Assembly (NCBI RefSeq): GCF_000172995.2
Contig: NC_014735.1
Location: 30,001 to 62,000, forward strand
Length of the DNA stretch: 32,000 bases
Direction: 5' to 3'
Source of the DNA: Halogeometricum borinquense DSM 11551
Lineage (GTDB): Archaea; Halobacteriota; Halobacteria; Halobacteriales; Haloferacaceae
The translations under genes were made by a program, and so were the position numbers. A model generated the notes under the pieces. It made no database searches and was not told the DNA's origin. It saw nothing but the letters and a program-made list of their open reading frames with translations. Below, in pieces: positions 1 through 9,598 of this stretch (position 1 is the stretch's first letter; each line of letters starts with the position of its first letter).

Positions 1-789
<789 letters not shown>

Positions 790-1139
790 CGCATAGCGAG
801 CGTTTCGATCATCGAGACGAAACCCCACTGCGAATCAGCGTACGACTACCAGTTGCGTCAGGTGAGCCTGGAAGGAACGAAACGCCGAAGTCGTCCGCAT
901 CTATCGAGGTAACTCCGACAGGCCCCCCGGTAGTCGCCCAGAGATATCTCTGCACTCCATCACACACGATATTCAGCGGCTCGTGGAAGAATACGAAACT
1001 ACCCACCATGCCAGTGAGTGTGGCTGCTCACTCCAGCTCGCCCATCGGTGCCACCGCATTGCTACTCATCCGTCGATTTCTCATTCAGAATGGAAACAAC
1101 CCCCGCAAAGGAAAATTCATAGATTATATTACTGAGTGA

Positions 1140-2789
1140 TTTTCGTTATATTACAGGGGTATGTCTGTAAAGAATGACCGTCTCTGATTCGATGCCTTCG
1201 TCTAGTCAGCTAGATGTTCACGGTTAGTAGCAGTATACTGTAACCGAATGTGGATTATGTGATAGGTTTAACCGAATTTCTTCCGCAGTCAAGACTTCGC
1301 TGGCGTTGCTCCGGCGGCCATCGCAGTAGCGACCGAGTTGCTGCTAAACCCCCGGTAAGGGAAACGTGACGCAACGTAGTTAGGCCAACTACCGTCATCG
1401 TATTTCAACAGTGGGGGTTACATATCAAGCTCAAGTAACAAAATACTTTCACATCTGCTATTTTTGAGGGATGGGATATGCGGGCGAAGAAGATAATCAT
1501 TGGGGCCGCCGCACTTCGTACGGACGTTCTCAGCGGGGAGAAGAGAGTCAATCGATTGATCAACCACAGTGGAACAATCGAAACAGTTCCACCGATAGTG
1601 TATAAGCTGTATAATTACGAAAAGAACAGTCAAAGCACCGTATCACACGGTAGCCCACCGAAGTAGTTACTCGGGAGAGACGGCCGCTCTTTGAGTAACG
1701 AAAACGTGGTTTTCCGAAGGACGACACGAGAATCAGACCACTATCTCTCCAAGTAGGCGTTCAATACTGGACAGGTAGCCGATACTCAGTGCAGATGTTA
1801 CAAAAACAACCAGCTGGTGGTGAAATCCGGAGTGCCAGAGATAGATAGAATGATGAATATTAAAACGGCTATCGAGGTGAGTAATCCAATTAGTACCCGT
1901 CATTTTTCAGATCGGAGACCTCTCCGGCAGAGATTCCAAGGAGATTAGAATTCTGAAAGAGGGTTGGAATATCCCACTATGACAGTAATAAAATTGTAAT
2001 GCCGTGCCGAAAGTCAAGAACAGCCGATGTCGAGAAAGACGCGGATACTGTGACGGAAGTGTCAGAAAGACTCAAACTGAACTCGGTTAGTCGGAAATCG
2101 AGACGGTATAACATCAGATCTATATTAAACTAATCGGTAATATCAAGAATTAGGAACAATTTAGTGAATAATCACCCACATATAGGATATAATTACAGTA
2201 TCTACAGATAGTATGTAATATCTGAGTCTCTATTCGGATCTTCTGAGATCAATAAACAGCGTTAGTTCTTCAACACATCCTACCTGAGGATTTCGTGTTA
2301 GCTTGGATACGGAGGATGGGACACAGAGATAGCACAGCGATCTATCAGCAGTATCCGCTAATCGGTTGATTCGCTCGGAGTGGCACAGCTCCTTTTCAAA
2401 AATACAATCAGTACTGCCAGTAAAACCTAATGATAGATCGATAAGTGATGAATTATTATTGAATGATACTCTATATGTCCCACGAAACTCTGAGAGTAGA
2501 TTAGTCAAGCATCACCAATTACGCATTCCAACAATCGAACACAGGAAACGACGACACAAAACGATCCAATTTATTTTGATAAGCGGTAAATTACGTCTGC
2601 CTACGCTCCGATAGCAACGGACGATACCCTTACAAGACTATTGCTGTACGCTACTGTTATAGAGTTCACGGGAGAGGAATTCGATCTCAAGATTATCAGA
2701 CTCATTGTCTCACGTTAATCAGAGACATGGGTACTCCAACAGGCTGACGTACTCCGTTTGAAAAGAAAACGTCCGAGGTCTTACGTCAC
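1140..2789. other. AT-rich, ORF-poor spacer (gene desert) of about 1.65 kb
   Basis: No ORF longer than 92 aa on either strand, and the listed ORFs have non-acidic, Cys/Asn/Ile-rich compositions unlike the neighbouring proteome. By eye, long stretches (e.g. 2101-2260) are roughly 30% GC, against roughly 55-62% in flanking genes. Confidence 0.6.
2756..2770 (-). terminator. Oligo-T terminator candidate for Dpp/Opp operon 1
   Basis: The minus strand reads GGACGTTTTCTTTTCAAACGG about 20 nt after the stop at 2790. It is nested inside a 7-bp inverted repeat, TGACGTA (2745-2751) / TACGTCA (2781-2787). Archaeal termination at T-tracts is established. Confidence 0.4.
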
Positions 2790-4130
2790 CTAGTCATCCG
2801 TGAGTGGCGGCGTCTGCGTCACCTCACGGCTATGAAGGTGGCACGACGTCGGATGGCCGGCGGCCGATTCGGCGAGCGACGGTTCGGATTGCCCACAGAC
2901 AGTCTCAAACTCTCGCGCTAGCAGTGCTTCCGCGCTAGCACCGTTTCCACGAACAATCTCGTCAAGCGCCTCTTCCAACACGGATTCTGCAGCGGAATCG
3001 GTAAGCGATGGTGGAATATCGTGTTCCCTGCGAAGTTCGGCTTTCATCTTCTCGACATCCTGCGGGGTGATCGAGTCTCCCGCGTCGAGGCCGACGAATT
3101 CGCGGAGCCCTTCAACATCGATGCCGTGCCGCTCAAGAGCGACCCGAAGGTCCATCACTGCTCGCCAGTTCTCCTGCTCGAAATCGTATCCCTCCGGTTG
3201 AACGACCTCGGGACATCGAGTGTAGAAGTTACACCCGGTCGGGGGGTCCGACGGATTCGGAACGTCGCCGCTCAGCGCCGCGTCGATCCCTCTCGTTCCC
3301 GCGTCGATTGTCGGAATCGCTCGAAGGAGCGCTCGCGTGTACGGATGTTGCGGGTCCTCGAACAACGTCTCGGTGTCCGCGATTTCGACGATCTGTCCGA
3401 GGTACATCACGGCGACTGTGTCGCAGATTTCACGGACGACACTCATATCGTGGCTGATGAACAGAATCGAGAGATCGAACTCCGTTTGAATGTCTTTCAG
3501 GAGGGTCAGAACCTCTGCCTGCACACTCACGTCCAACGCAGAGACCGGTTCGTCGGCCACGATAAGCCGGGGGTTGACAACGAGCGCGCGTGCGAGCGCA
3601 ACCCGCTGTTTCTGTCCACCAGACAGTTCGTGCGGATAGCGATCAACGTCACTCGCATTCAGCCCGACGCGCTCAAGCAGGTCGCTGGCGATAGCAAGTC
3701 GGTGTTCGCGTGGACCAACCCCGTGAATTCGGAGGGGTTCGGTGATAGACTCACCGATCGACATTCGAGGGTCGAAGCTCGAATCCGGATTCTGGAAGAT
3801 CATCTGGGCCTCCCGCCGGAACGACTTCAACTCCGTGTCATCGTATTCTGTGATGTCTTCGTCGTCGAACGTGATCGTCCCGTCAGTCGGTTCCTCGAGT
3901 CGGAGAATCGCCTCTGCGGCAGTTGACTTCCCACATCCGGACTCACCGACGAGACCAACAGTTTCACCGCGCTCGATCTCGAATGAGATACCGTCAACCG
4001 CTTTCACGCGACCGACTTCACGCTTGAGGATACCCTCTTTTATCGGGTAGTGTTTCTTGAGACCGCTCACTTCGACGAGTGTCTCTTCTGCCTTCTCACG
4101 TTGACTGCTATCTGAAGACTGGAAACTCAT
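2790..4130 (-). CDS. Dpp/Opp-type ABC importer ATP-binding protein (OppF/DppF-like) with an enlarged C-terminal domain
   Basis: Walker [10 protein letters not shown], signature LSGGQKQRVALARAL, Walker B LIVADEPVSALD, H-loop FISHDMS, and C-terminal HPYTRALL...GCNFYTRC motif. ATGA start/stop overlap with the upstream ATPase gene. 446 aa, versus 347 aa for the paralog at 9599..10642. Confidence 0.92.
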   Translation of the reverse strand: MSFQSSDSSQREKAEETLVEVSGLKKHYPIKEGILKREVGRVKAVDGISFEIERGETVGLVGESGCGKSTAAEAILRLEEPTDGTITFDDEDITEYDDTELKSFRREAQMIFQNPDSSFDPRMSIGESITEPLRIHGVGPREHRLAIASDLLERVGLNASDVDRYPHELSGGQKQRVALARALVVNPRLIVADEPVSALDVSVQAEVLTLLKDIQTEFDLSILFISHDMSVVREICDTVAVMYLGQIVEIADTETLFEDPQHPYTRALLRAIPTIDAGTRGIDAALSGDVPNPSDPPTGCNFYTRCPEVVQPEGYDFEQENWRAVMDLRVALERHGIDVEGLREFVGLDAGDSITPQDVEKMKAELRREHDIPPSLTDSAAESVLEEALDEIVRGNGASAEALLAREFETVCGQSEPSLAESAAGHPTSCHLHSREVTQTPPLTDD

Positions 4131-5236
4131 GCGTCGTGACCTCCGTCGGCACGGGTATCGCGTTGCGTTTCAGAACGGCGCTCGGACTGTGAATTGGACC
4201 GGCGTTCAGATTGCGAAGTGGAACTGTTTTCGGTTGGGGGTTCGAGGTCCGCAGCATCGTACCCCGGACCATAATAGACGCAGGAGGCACGGTGAGTCTG
4301 CGATCCATCGATGGCGTGCATCTGCGGCTGGTCACCCATCGAACAATCCGAAACGGCGTGCTCACAGCGACTGTTGAACCGACAACCCTCCGGTGGCTCT
4401 GTGACAGAGGGAAGCGCCCCGTCGATACGCTTCATCGAGGAACCGCGACCGGGTAAACACTCGATCAACGCCTTCGTATACGGATGTGCGGGATTGTGGA
4501 TGACCTCCTCGACGCTTCCTTTTTCCATGACCTTGCCCGCGTACATGACGACGACTCGGTCGGCAATCTCCGAGACGACGCCGAGGTCGTGAGTGACGAA
4601 GAGAATGCTCATATTATACTCCGCTTGAACGTCTTCGAGGAGTTGAAGAATCTGCGCTTGAATCGTCACGTCGAGTGCGGTTGTCGGTTCGTCCGCGATG
4701 AGCAGATCCGAGTCGCACGCGAGTGCCATCGCAATGAGGACTCGCTGTTTCATCCCGCCGGAGAACTCGTGCGGGTAGTCGTCGACGCGGCTACTCGCTT
4801 CGGGGATTCCCGTCCGGTCGAGGAGGTCGATCACACGGTCCCGAATTTCGGCTTTCGGAAGGTCGTCGCGGTGAATTCGCAACGTCTCCCCGATCTGTCT
4901 GCCAACCTTGTACACCGGGTTCAGTCCGTTCTGGGGGTTCTGGAAGATGTGACTGATTCGATTACCGCGGATATCCTGGAGTTGCTTTTCAGACATCTCG
5001 GTGAGGTCCATCCCGTCGAACGTGATCGTCCCCTCGACGATTTCGCCGGGCGGCATATCCAAGATCTTTGTGATGGACTCGCTCGTGACGGTTTTCCCGC
5101 TGCCACTCTCGCCAACAATCGCCACAGTTTCACCGGGGTTGACGTCGAAGCTCACGCTGTCAACGGCGTATACAGTTCCGTCATCAGTGTGGAAGTGCGT
5201 CTTCAGATCCTCGACGGAGAGTAGCGGGTCCGTCAT
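4127..5236 (-). CDS. Dpp/Opp-type ABC importer ATP-binding protein (OppD/DppD-like)
   Basis: Walker A GESGSGKTV, signature FSGGMKQRVLIAMAL, Walker [14 protein letters not shown]-loop FVTHDLG, and C-terminal HPYTKALI...GCRFNSRC motif. ATGA overlap with the upstream permease stop. Confidence 0.92.
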   Translation of the reverse strand: MTDPLLSVEDLKTHFHTDDGTVYAVDSVSFDVNPGETVAIVGESGSGKTVTSESITKILDMPPGEIVEGTITFDGMDLTEMSEKQLQDIRGNRISHIFQNPQNGLNPVYKVGRQIGETLRIHRDDLPKAEIRDRVIDLLDRTGIPEASSRVDDYPHEFSGGMKQRVLIAMALACDSDLLIADEPTTALDVTIQAQILQLLEDVQAEYNMSILFVTHDLGVVSEIADRVVVMYAGKVMEKGSVEEVIHNPAHPYTKALIECLPGRGSSMKRIDGALPSVTEPPEGCRFNSRCEHAVSDCSMGDQPQMHAIDGSQTHRASCVYYGPGYDAADLEPPTENSSTSQSERRSNSQSERRSETQRDTRADGGHDA

Positions 5237-6396
5237 AGCCCACCACCGCCTTCGATCTCTTGACGCGGGTCCATCGCATCCCGCATCGCTTCACCGACGT
5301 AGTAGAACGACAGGACGGTGAAGAAAAGGAACAGTCCCGGAATCGTCGAAATCCACCAGGCCTGTTCGATATTTGCCTGTCCCGCAGAGATAGTTCGCCC
5401 CCACGAGAACGTACTCGGATCGCTGAATCCGAGGAACGCGAGCGTTGCCTCTCCGAGAATGAACCCCGGAATGAGGACAGATGCGCTGATAATGACACTG
5501 TTCGCAGAGTTCGGAATAAGATGGGTTCGAACGATGTAGAGCATATTCGCTCCCGAAGCGCGTGCGGCCTTGATGTATGCTTCGCTCGACCGCTGGAGCG
5601 CTTCGCCACGAACGGTGCGGGCGATTCCTTCCCAACCGAAGAATCCGTAGAGGGCGATAATCATCCAGAGTTCTGCTCCGAACAGATAGACCAGCAATAA
5701 CAGGAGGATAAACACCGGAAAAACCGACTGGATATCGGTGTACCGCATCAGAACTTCGTCCATCCACCCGATATCCGTGGCCGTCGCGAGTGCTGCGACA
5801 GACCCGACGAGCGATCCGATAAACACAGCGATGATGGTCGAGACGAGACCGACCTCCATGCTGACACGCATCCCGTAAACGACGAGTGCGAGAATACCCC
5901 GTCCCTCAGCGGACGTTCCCAACGGATACTGCCACGTCCCGGTTTTCGCAACCCCGTCAACGACTGCGGTGACGCCAACCGGTGGAAGGATCCGATTCGT
6001 GAACCGGACTTGCGGGGGGTCAACAACTAAGGGACCCAAAATACCAATTACGAAGACGACTGCGAGGTAGACAAGTGCGATGACGGCGATTCTGTTCTTC
6101 TTGAAGCGCCGCCAGTAGAACTGCCGCATCCGCTCGTTCTTGTAGAGCGGGAGCACAATGTGGAACAAGAGGGCGACGAACGTCGCGGCGAACAGCCACT
6201 CTACGCTAAGCACGTCCCAGTTCCAGATGAGAGGATGCGCGTTCTCGATGACGGCGTAGTCGTAGGCGAACAGTGCGACTATCAGGAGATAACACCCAGC
6301 CTCCGCGATTCCCTGCTTCGAGAGGGAAAACGTAGAGGTACTCTGTGCGTCCCAGTCGATATCTTCGAACGAGATGTCGTTGTTTTCAGTTGCCAT
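5233..6396 (-). CDS. Dpp/Opp-type ABC importer permease (DppC/OppC-like) with an N-terminal extension
   Basis: Multi-TM protein with the EAA-loop region EAYIKAARASGANMLYIVRTHLIPN. 387 aa, versus 316 aa for the paralog. The extra ~100 N-terminal residues contain two hydrophobic segments. Confidence 0.9.
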   Translation of the reverse strand: MATENNDISFEDIDWDAQSTSTFSLSKQGIAEAGCYLLIVALFAYDYAVIENAHPLIWNWDVLSVEWLFAATFVALLFHIVLPLYKNERMRQFYWRRFKKNRIAVIALVYLAVVFVIGILGPLVVDPPQVRFTNRILPPVGVTAVVDGVAKTGTWQYPLGTSAEGRGILALVVYGMRVSMEVGLVSTIIAVFIGSLVGSVAALATATDIGWMDEVLMRYTDIQSVFPVFILLLLLVYLFGAELWMIIALYGFFGWEGIARTVRGEALQRSSEAYIKAARASGANMLYIVRTHLIPNSANSVIISASVLIPGFILGEATLAFLGFSDPSTFSWGRTISAGQANIEQAWWISTIPGLFLFFTVLSFYYVGEAMRDAMDPRQEIEGGGGL

Positions 6397-6398
6397 TG

Positions 6399-7379
6399 TT
6401 ATCTACCACCGTAATCGATTCGCGGGTCCAGCAGGACGTACGCGATGTCCTCAAGCAAGTTTCCGATGATGGCGAGGAACACCGTGATGAGCGTCGTCGC
6501 CAGTACCAGTGTCGTATCCTGTTCGACGATAGCCGTGTACGTCATGAAGCCGAGGCCGGGTATCGAGAAGATCTGCTCAATGACGACCGAACCGGCGAAG
6601 AAGATCCCCAGCATGCGTCCGACGAAACTCGTCGATAGCGGGACCGCCGCCATCCGGAGGACGTGCCAGACCATCAACCGATAGTGACTCGCGCCCTTAG
6701 CTTTCGCAACTTTCACGAACTCCTGATTCATCTGTTCGAGCGCCTGCGCACGCGAGTACCGCGTCTGGAACGCGAACGAGGCAGTGAGCAACACGGTGAT
6801 CGGGAGTAGTAACTGTTTGATGTTTGCGATGGAGAACCACCCCTGCTGTTGGGGAATTCCACTCTGGTAGTACACCGGGAGCGACTCAAACCGGACTCCC
6901 AAGAGCATTATCAGGATAATAGCGAACCAGAAGTTGGGGATGCTGATGCCGAAGAAGGCGACGAACGACCCCGCATAGTCCGAGAGAGTGTATGGCTTGT
7001 ACGCCGAATACAGCCCCAATGCGTAGCCGATGACAGTGGAAATTACGAGGACGGGAATCGCATACTGTGCCGTGTACTTCCACGCGTCAAGTAGCGCTGG
7101 GATCACGTACTGTGACCGAGAGTCAGACCACCCCCAGTTGAGCGTGGCCATGTTGATCATGTAGTTCTTGTAGCGCTCCGTGGCGGATTGATCCAAGTTA
7201 TGCTGTTCTCGGAAGCGCTCTTTGCACTCTTCGGGGTTGTCACCCGTAGCGGCACAACTCATCATCGACTTCATCTGTGCCTGATTCGGAGAGGCAGTGA
7301 TTAATCCGAACGTAACGGTCAGCGCAATCCACGTCGCAAACAGGGTAAACGCGAGACGTTTAGCTATGTACCATTTCAT
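6399..7379 (-). CDS. Dpp/Opp-type ABC importer permease (DppB/OppB-like)
   Basis: N-terminal MKWYIAKRLAFTLFATW, typical of DppB/OppB. EAA-loop QEFVKVAKAKGASHYRLMVWHVLRMA. C-terminal LLDPRI. Confidence 0.9.
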   Translation of the reverse strand: MKWYIAKRLAFTLFATWIALTVTFGLITASPNQAQMKSMMSCAATGDNPEECKERFREQHNLDQSATERYKNYMINMATLNWGWSDSRSQYVIPALLDAWKYTAQYAIPVLVISTVIGYALGLYSAYKPYTLSDYAGSFVAFFGISIPNFWFAIILIMLLGVRFESLPVYYQSGIPQQQGWFSIANIKQLLLPITVLLTASFAFQTRYSRAQALEQMNQEFVKVAKAKGASHYRLMVWHVLRMAAVPLSTSFVGRMLGIFFAGSVVIEQIFSIPGLGFMTYTAIVEQDTTLVLATTLITVFLAIIGNLLEDIAYVLLDPRIDYGGR

Positions 7380-7414
7380 GGTTTATTGTAGGCAAATTGG
7401 TTGGATGGCGGTTG

Positions 7415-9403
7415 CTAACGGCCGCTGGTTCCGTCAGAGAAGTACATCTTTGCCGTCCAGCGGTCAGTCTGATAGTCGAAGTGACTGTCGGGCGGACTCT
7501 GACCCATGCCTTCCACGTTGTTGCGGTACGCGTAGTAGTTGTACGGGTTGTACTCGAAGATGACGGGACGTTCCTCAGAGAGATACGCGAGCATCTCCTG
7601 AATAGTACCGACCGCGGCTTCACGCGACTCTGCCGTCTGCGCTTCGTCGCGCATCGCCGCCAGATCCTTACCGGGCGTGTACCCGTAGGCGTTAAAGTTG
7701 CCTTCCTCGCTGAACAGCGACGCGATTGTGCCCGCCGGAGTCAGCGGACCATAGCTGAATCCGAGCGTCAGCATGAAGTCCCACGATTTCGAGGAGACCG
7801 CTTTGTCCCACGGACCGTGGTTGTATATCGAGGGATGGTCCTTTCCGTTCTCACCGTATCCGAGGTTTTCGGCGTCAGAGACACCCTCTGCGGGGTTCGT
7901 ACAGTTGAAGTAGTTCTTCATGAGACTCGGCCACGACGTGGTCTGCTGTGTAAGCTTGATTCCGACTTTCCCTAGGCGCTTTTTGAGATAGGCCGCCCGG
8001 AGGTCGTCCAGTTCGTCGGACTGGTAGACGAGGGTGAGTTCGACTTGCTCTCCATCCGGACCGACGAACTTGTCGCCGCTGTATCCGTAGTCGCTCGACG
8101 TGCCTTCTTTGAGGAGTTGCTTGGCTTTCTCCAGTGACCCATCAAACGTCACAACGTCGTCCGGAGAGTACGGTCCCCACGCGGGATGAAGCGTGTTCTG
8201 CACCTCGGCACGGCCTTTGAGGATATTGTTGACGATGAAATCGTTGTTATAAATGTGGGCCATCGCGTGGCGAACCTTCTTGTTTCGAAGTTGAGACCAC
8301 CCGTTCGCACGCTGGTTGATCCCGAGGTATCCGGACCAAGAGCGGTACGGATTCTTGTAGAGTTTGAGACCTTCCTTCTGTTTGTACGAACTGATTTTTG
8401 TCGATGGAATGTACGCAGTGTCGATTTCGTCGGCTTGGAGGGCTTGCCGGGCCGTTTGTTGTTTATCGAAATACTGCAGGTGGTATTCGTCGAAGAACGG
8501 AGCTTCAGCGAAGACATCGGGAACGCGGTCATCTTCTTTCGCCCACTTGCGAAGGTAATAGTCCTCTGCCCGCTCGAACTCCATGACGGACTGTTGCTTC
8601 CAGTTCTTGAGGTCCCATGGACCGAGGTTCCCGTTGAACGTCGCCCGCATGATCGAATCGTCCTTTTCGAGTCCCTCAGCGTCCTGCTCCTCCACGTAAG
8701 GTTTCGCAAGTTCCTTCGGAATCGGGAACTGGTAGCTGAGCGGTTCGTTATATGGGAAAAACGGACGCGAACTTGGAATCGTCTCCCGAATCGTGTACTT
8801 GTCCACCTTCTCGAACTGGATCGGTTTATCTTCTTTGCCGACGTAGAAGTCGTTCGCGTAAGCGAAACTCGCCCAGTCAGCCTTCCAGATGTTGTCGATG
8901 CACCACAGGTAGTCATCGGCGGTCAGTTCGCCGTACTCCTCGCCAAACTGTAGATTTTCCCGGAGTTTGATTTCGATTTGGTTGACTGGCTGTTCAACGG
9001 TCACATCTTCGAACCAGAGAGGGAGAATGTTATCGTACTCCGGACCGAGACGAATGAATCCCTGATCCATGACGAGTTCGATGCGGGCAGTCGTCTCACC
9101 GTCGCCGACGCGGAAGACGTTCAAACCGTTCGTGGTTGCGGTCACTGCCTTCTTAAACGTTCCACCGGCGGGAATTTCGTCGGAGGAAGGCTGTTCGGTC
9201 GTATCCCCTGCGGTCGAGCCACTAGTCGCCGTGGAATCCCCGGTCGTAGCCGTGCCGGAGGAGTCACCGCCGCTACAGCCGGCGAGACTCGTGGCCACGC
9301 CAGTTGCGGCTAAATATTTTATGAGGCGACGCCGGCCGAATGAGGCGCCACCGCCTTGGTTCGTGTTGTCGCGCATCGATTGTAAACAGTTGCCGGATGG
9401 CAT
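7415..9403 (-). CDS. ABC transporter substrate-binding lipoprotein, family 5 (DppA/OppA-like); peptide or oligosaccharide specificity unresolved
   Basis: Tat motif and lipobox (GRRRLIKYLAATGVATSLAGCSG), followed by a Ser/Thr/Gly/Asp linker and a large family-5 SBP body. It is the first gene of the operon. An alternative start is M10 at nt 9376. Confidence 0.9.
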   Translation of the reverse strand: MPSGNCLQSMRDNTNQGGGASFGRRRLIKYLAATGVATSLAGCSGGDSSGTATTGDSTATSGSTAGDTTEQPSSDEIPAGGTFKKAVTATTNGLNVFRVGDGETTARIELVMDQGFIRLGPEYDNILPLWFEDVTVEQPVNQIEIKLRENLQFGEEYGELTADDYLWCIDNIWKADWASFAYANDFYVGKEDKPIQFEKVDKYTIRETIPSSRPFFPYNEPLSYQFPIPKELAKPYVEEQDAEGLEKDDSIMRATFNGNLGPWDLKNWKQQSVMEFERAEDYYLRKWAKEDDRVPDVFAEAPFFDEYHLQYFDKQQTARQALQADEIDTAYIPSTKISSYKQKEGLKLYKNPYRSWSGYLGINQRANGWSQLRNKKVRHAMAHIYNNDFIVNNILKGRAEVQNTLHPAWGPYSPDDVVTFDGSLEKAKQLLKEGTSSDYGYSGDKFVGPDGEQVELTLVYQSDELDDLRAAYLKKRLGKVGIKLTQQTTSWPSLMKNYFNCTNPAEGVSDAENLGYGENGKDHPSIYNHGPWDKAVSSKSWDFMLTLGFSYGPLTPAGTIASLFSEEGNFNAYGYTPGKDLAAMRDEAQTAESREAAVGTIQEMLAYLSEERPVIFEYNPYNYYAYRNNVEGMGQSPPDSHFDYQTDRWTAKMYFSDGTSGR

Positions 9404-9423
9404 GAAATGTAATTCAGAATGGA

Positions 9424-9435
9424 TGTATAAATAAC
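9424..9435 (-). promoter_or_regulatory. TATA-box candidate for Dpp/Opp operon 1
   Basis: The minus strand reads TTATTTATACA, centred about 25 nt upstream of the ATG at 9403. This is consistent with a leaderless haloarchaeal transcript. Confidence 0.35.
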
Positions 9436-9598
9436 CTATGATGACTATCGATGATGATATACCGTGGCGTCACGGAACTACTCGCCTGCGGTCGATTATG
9501 TTGGCTAGTCCTTCGACTTTCTCTATGAGTATAGTTACCACTGAGTACCACGATATTTGACATGACAGATAAAACTACGTGAAGGGGAAATCTGGTGC

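Noticed and set aside
1967-1977. An 11-mer, GAATATCCCAC, shared between 1967-1977 and 21465-21475, plus other 9-11-nt repeats (TAACCGAAT at 1242 and 1270; CTAATCGGT at 2130 and 2358).
   Set aside because: In a 32-kb window, hundreds of 11-mer coincidences are expected by chance when both strands are considered. No extension of the matches was seen.
1418-2614. Short ORFs in the AT-rich desert (1418..1633, 1478..1666, 2230..2508, 2366..2614, and an unlisted ~56-codon ORF ending near 1893 on the minus strand).
   Set aside because: They overlap one another on opposite strands, have non-halophilic compositions (Cys/Asn/Ile-rich, few Asp/Glu), and show no recognisable motifs or promoter spacing.
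3021-3926. Long ORFs antisense to, or out of frame with, the ABC genes: 3021..3926, 4484..5224, 8186..8953, 8149..8916, 10097..10951, 10407..10889, 12866..13576, 5184..5609, 5291..5767.
   Set aside because: They lie entirely within well-supported genes with clear family motifs. Their translations are Arg/Ser/Pro-rich and basic, with no motifs. This is typical of shadow ORFs in GC-rich coding DNA.
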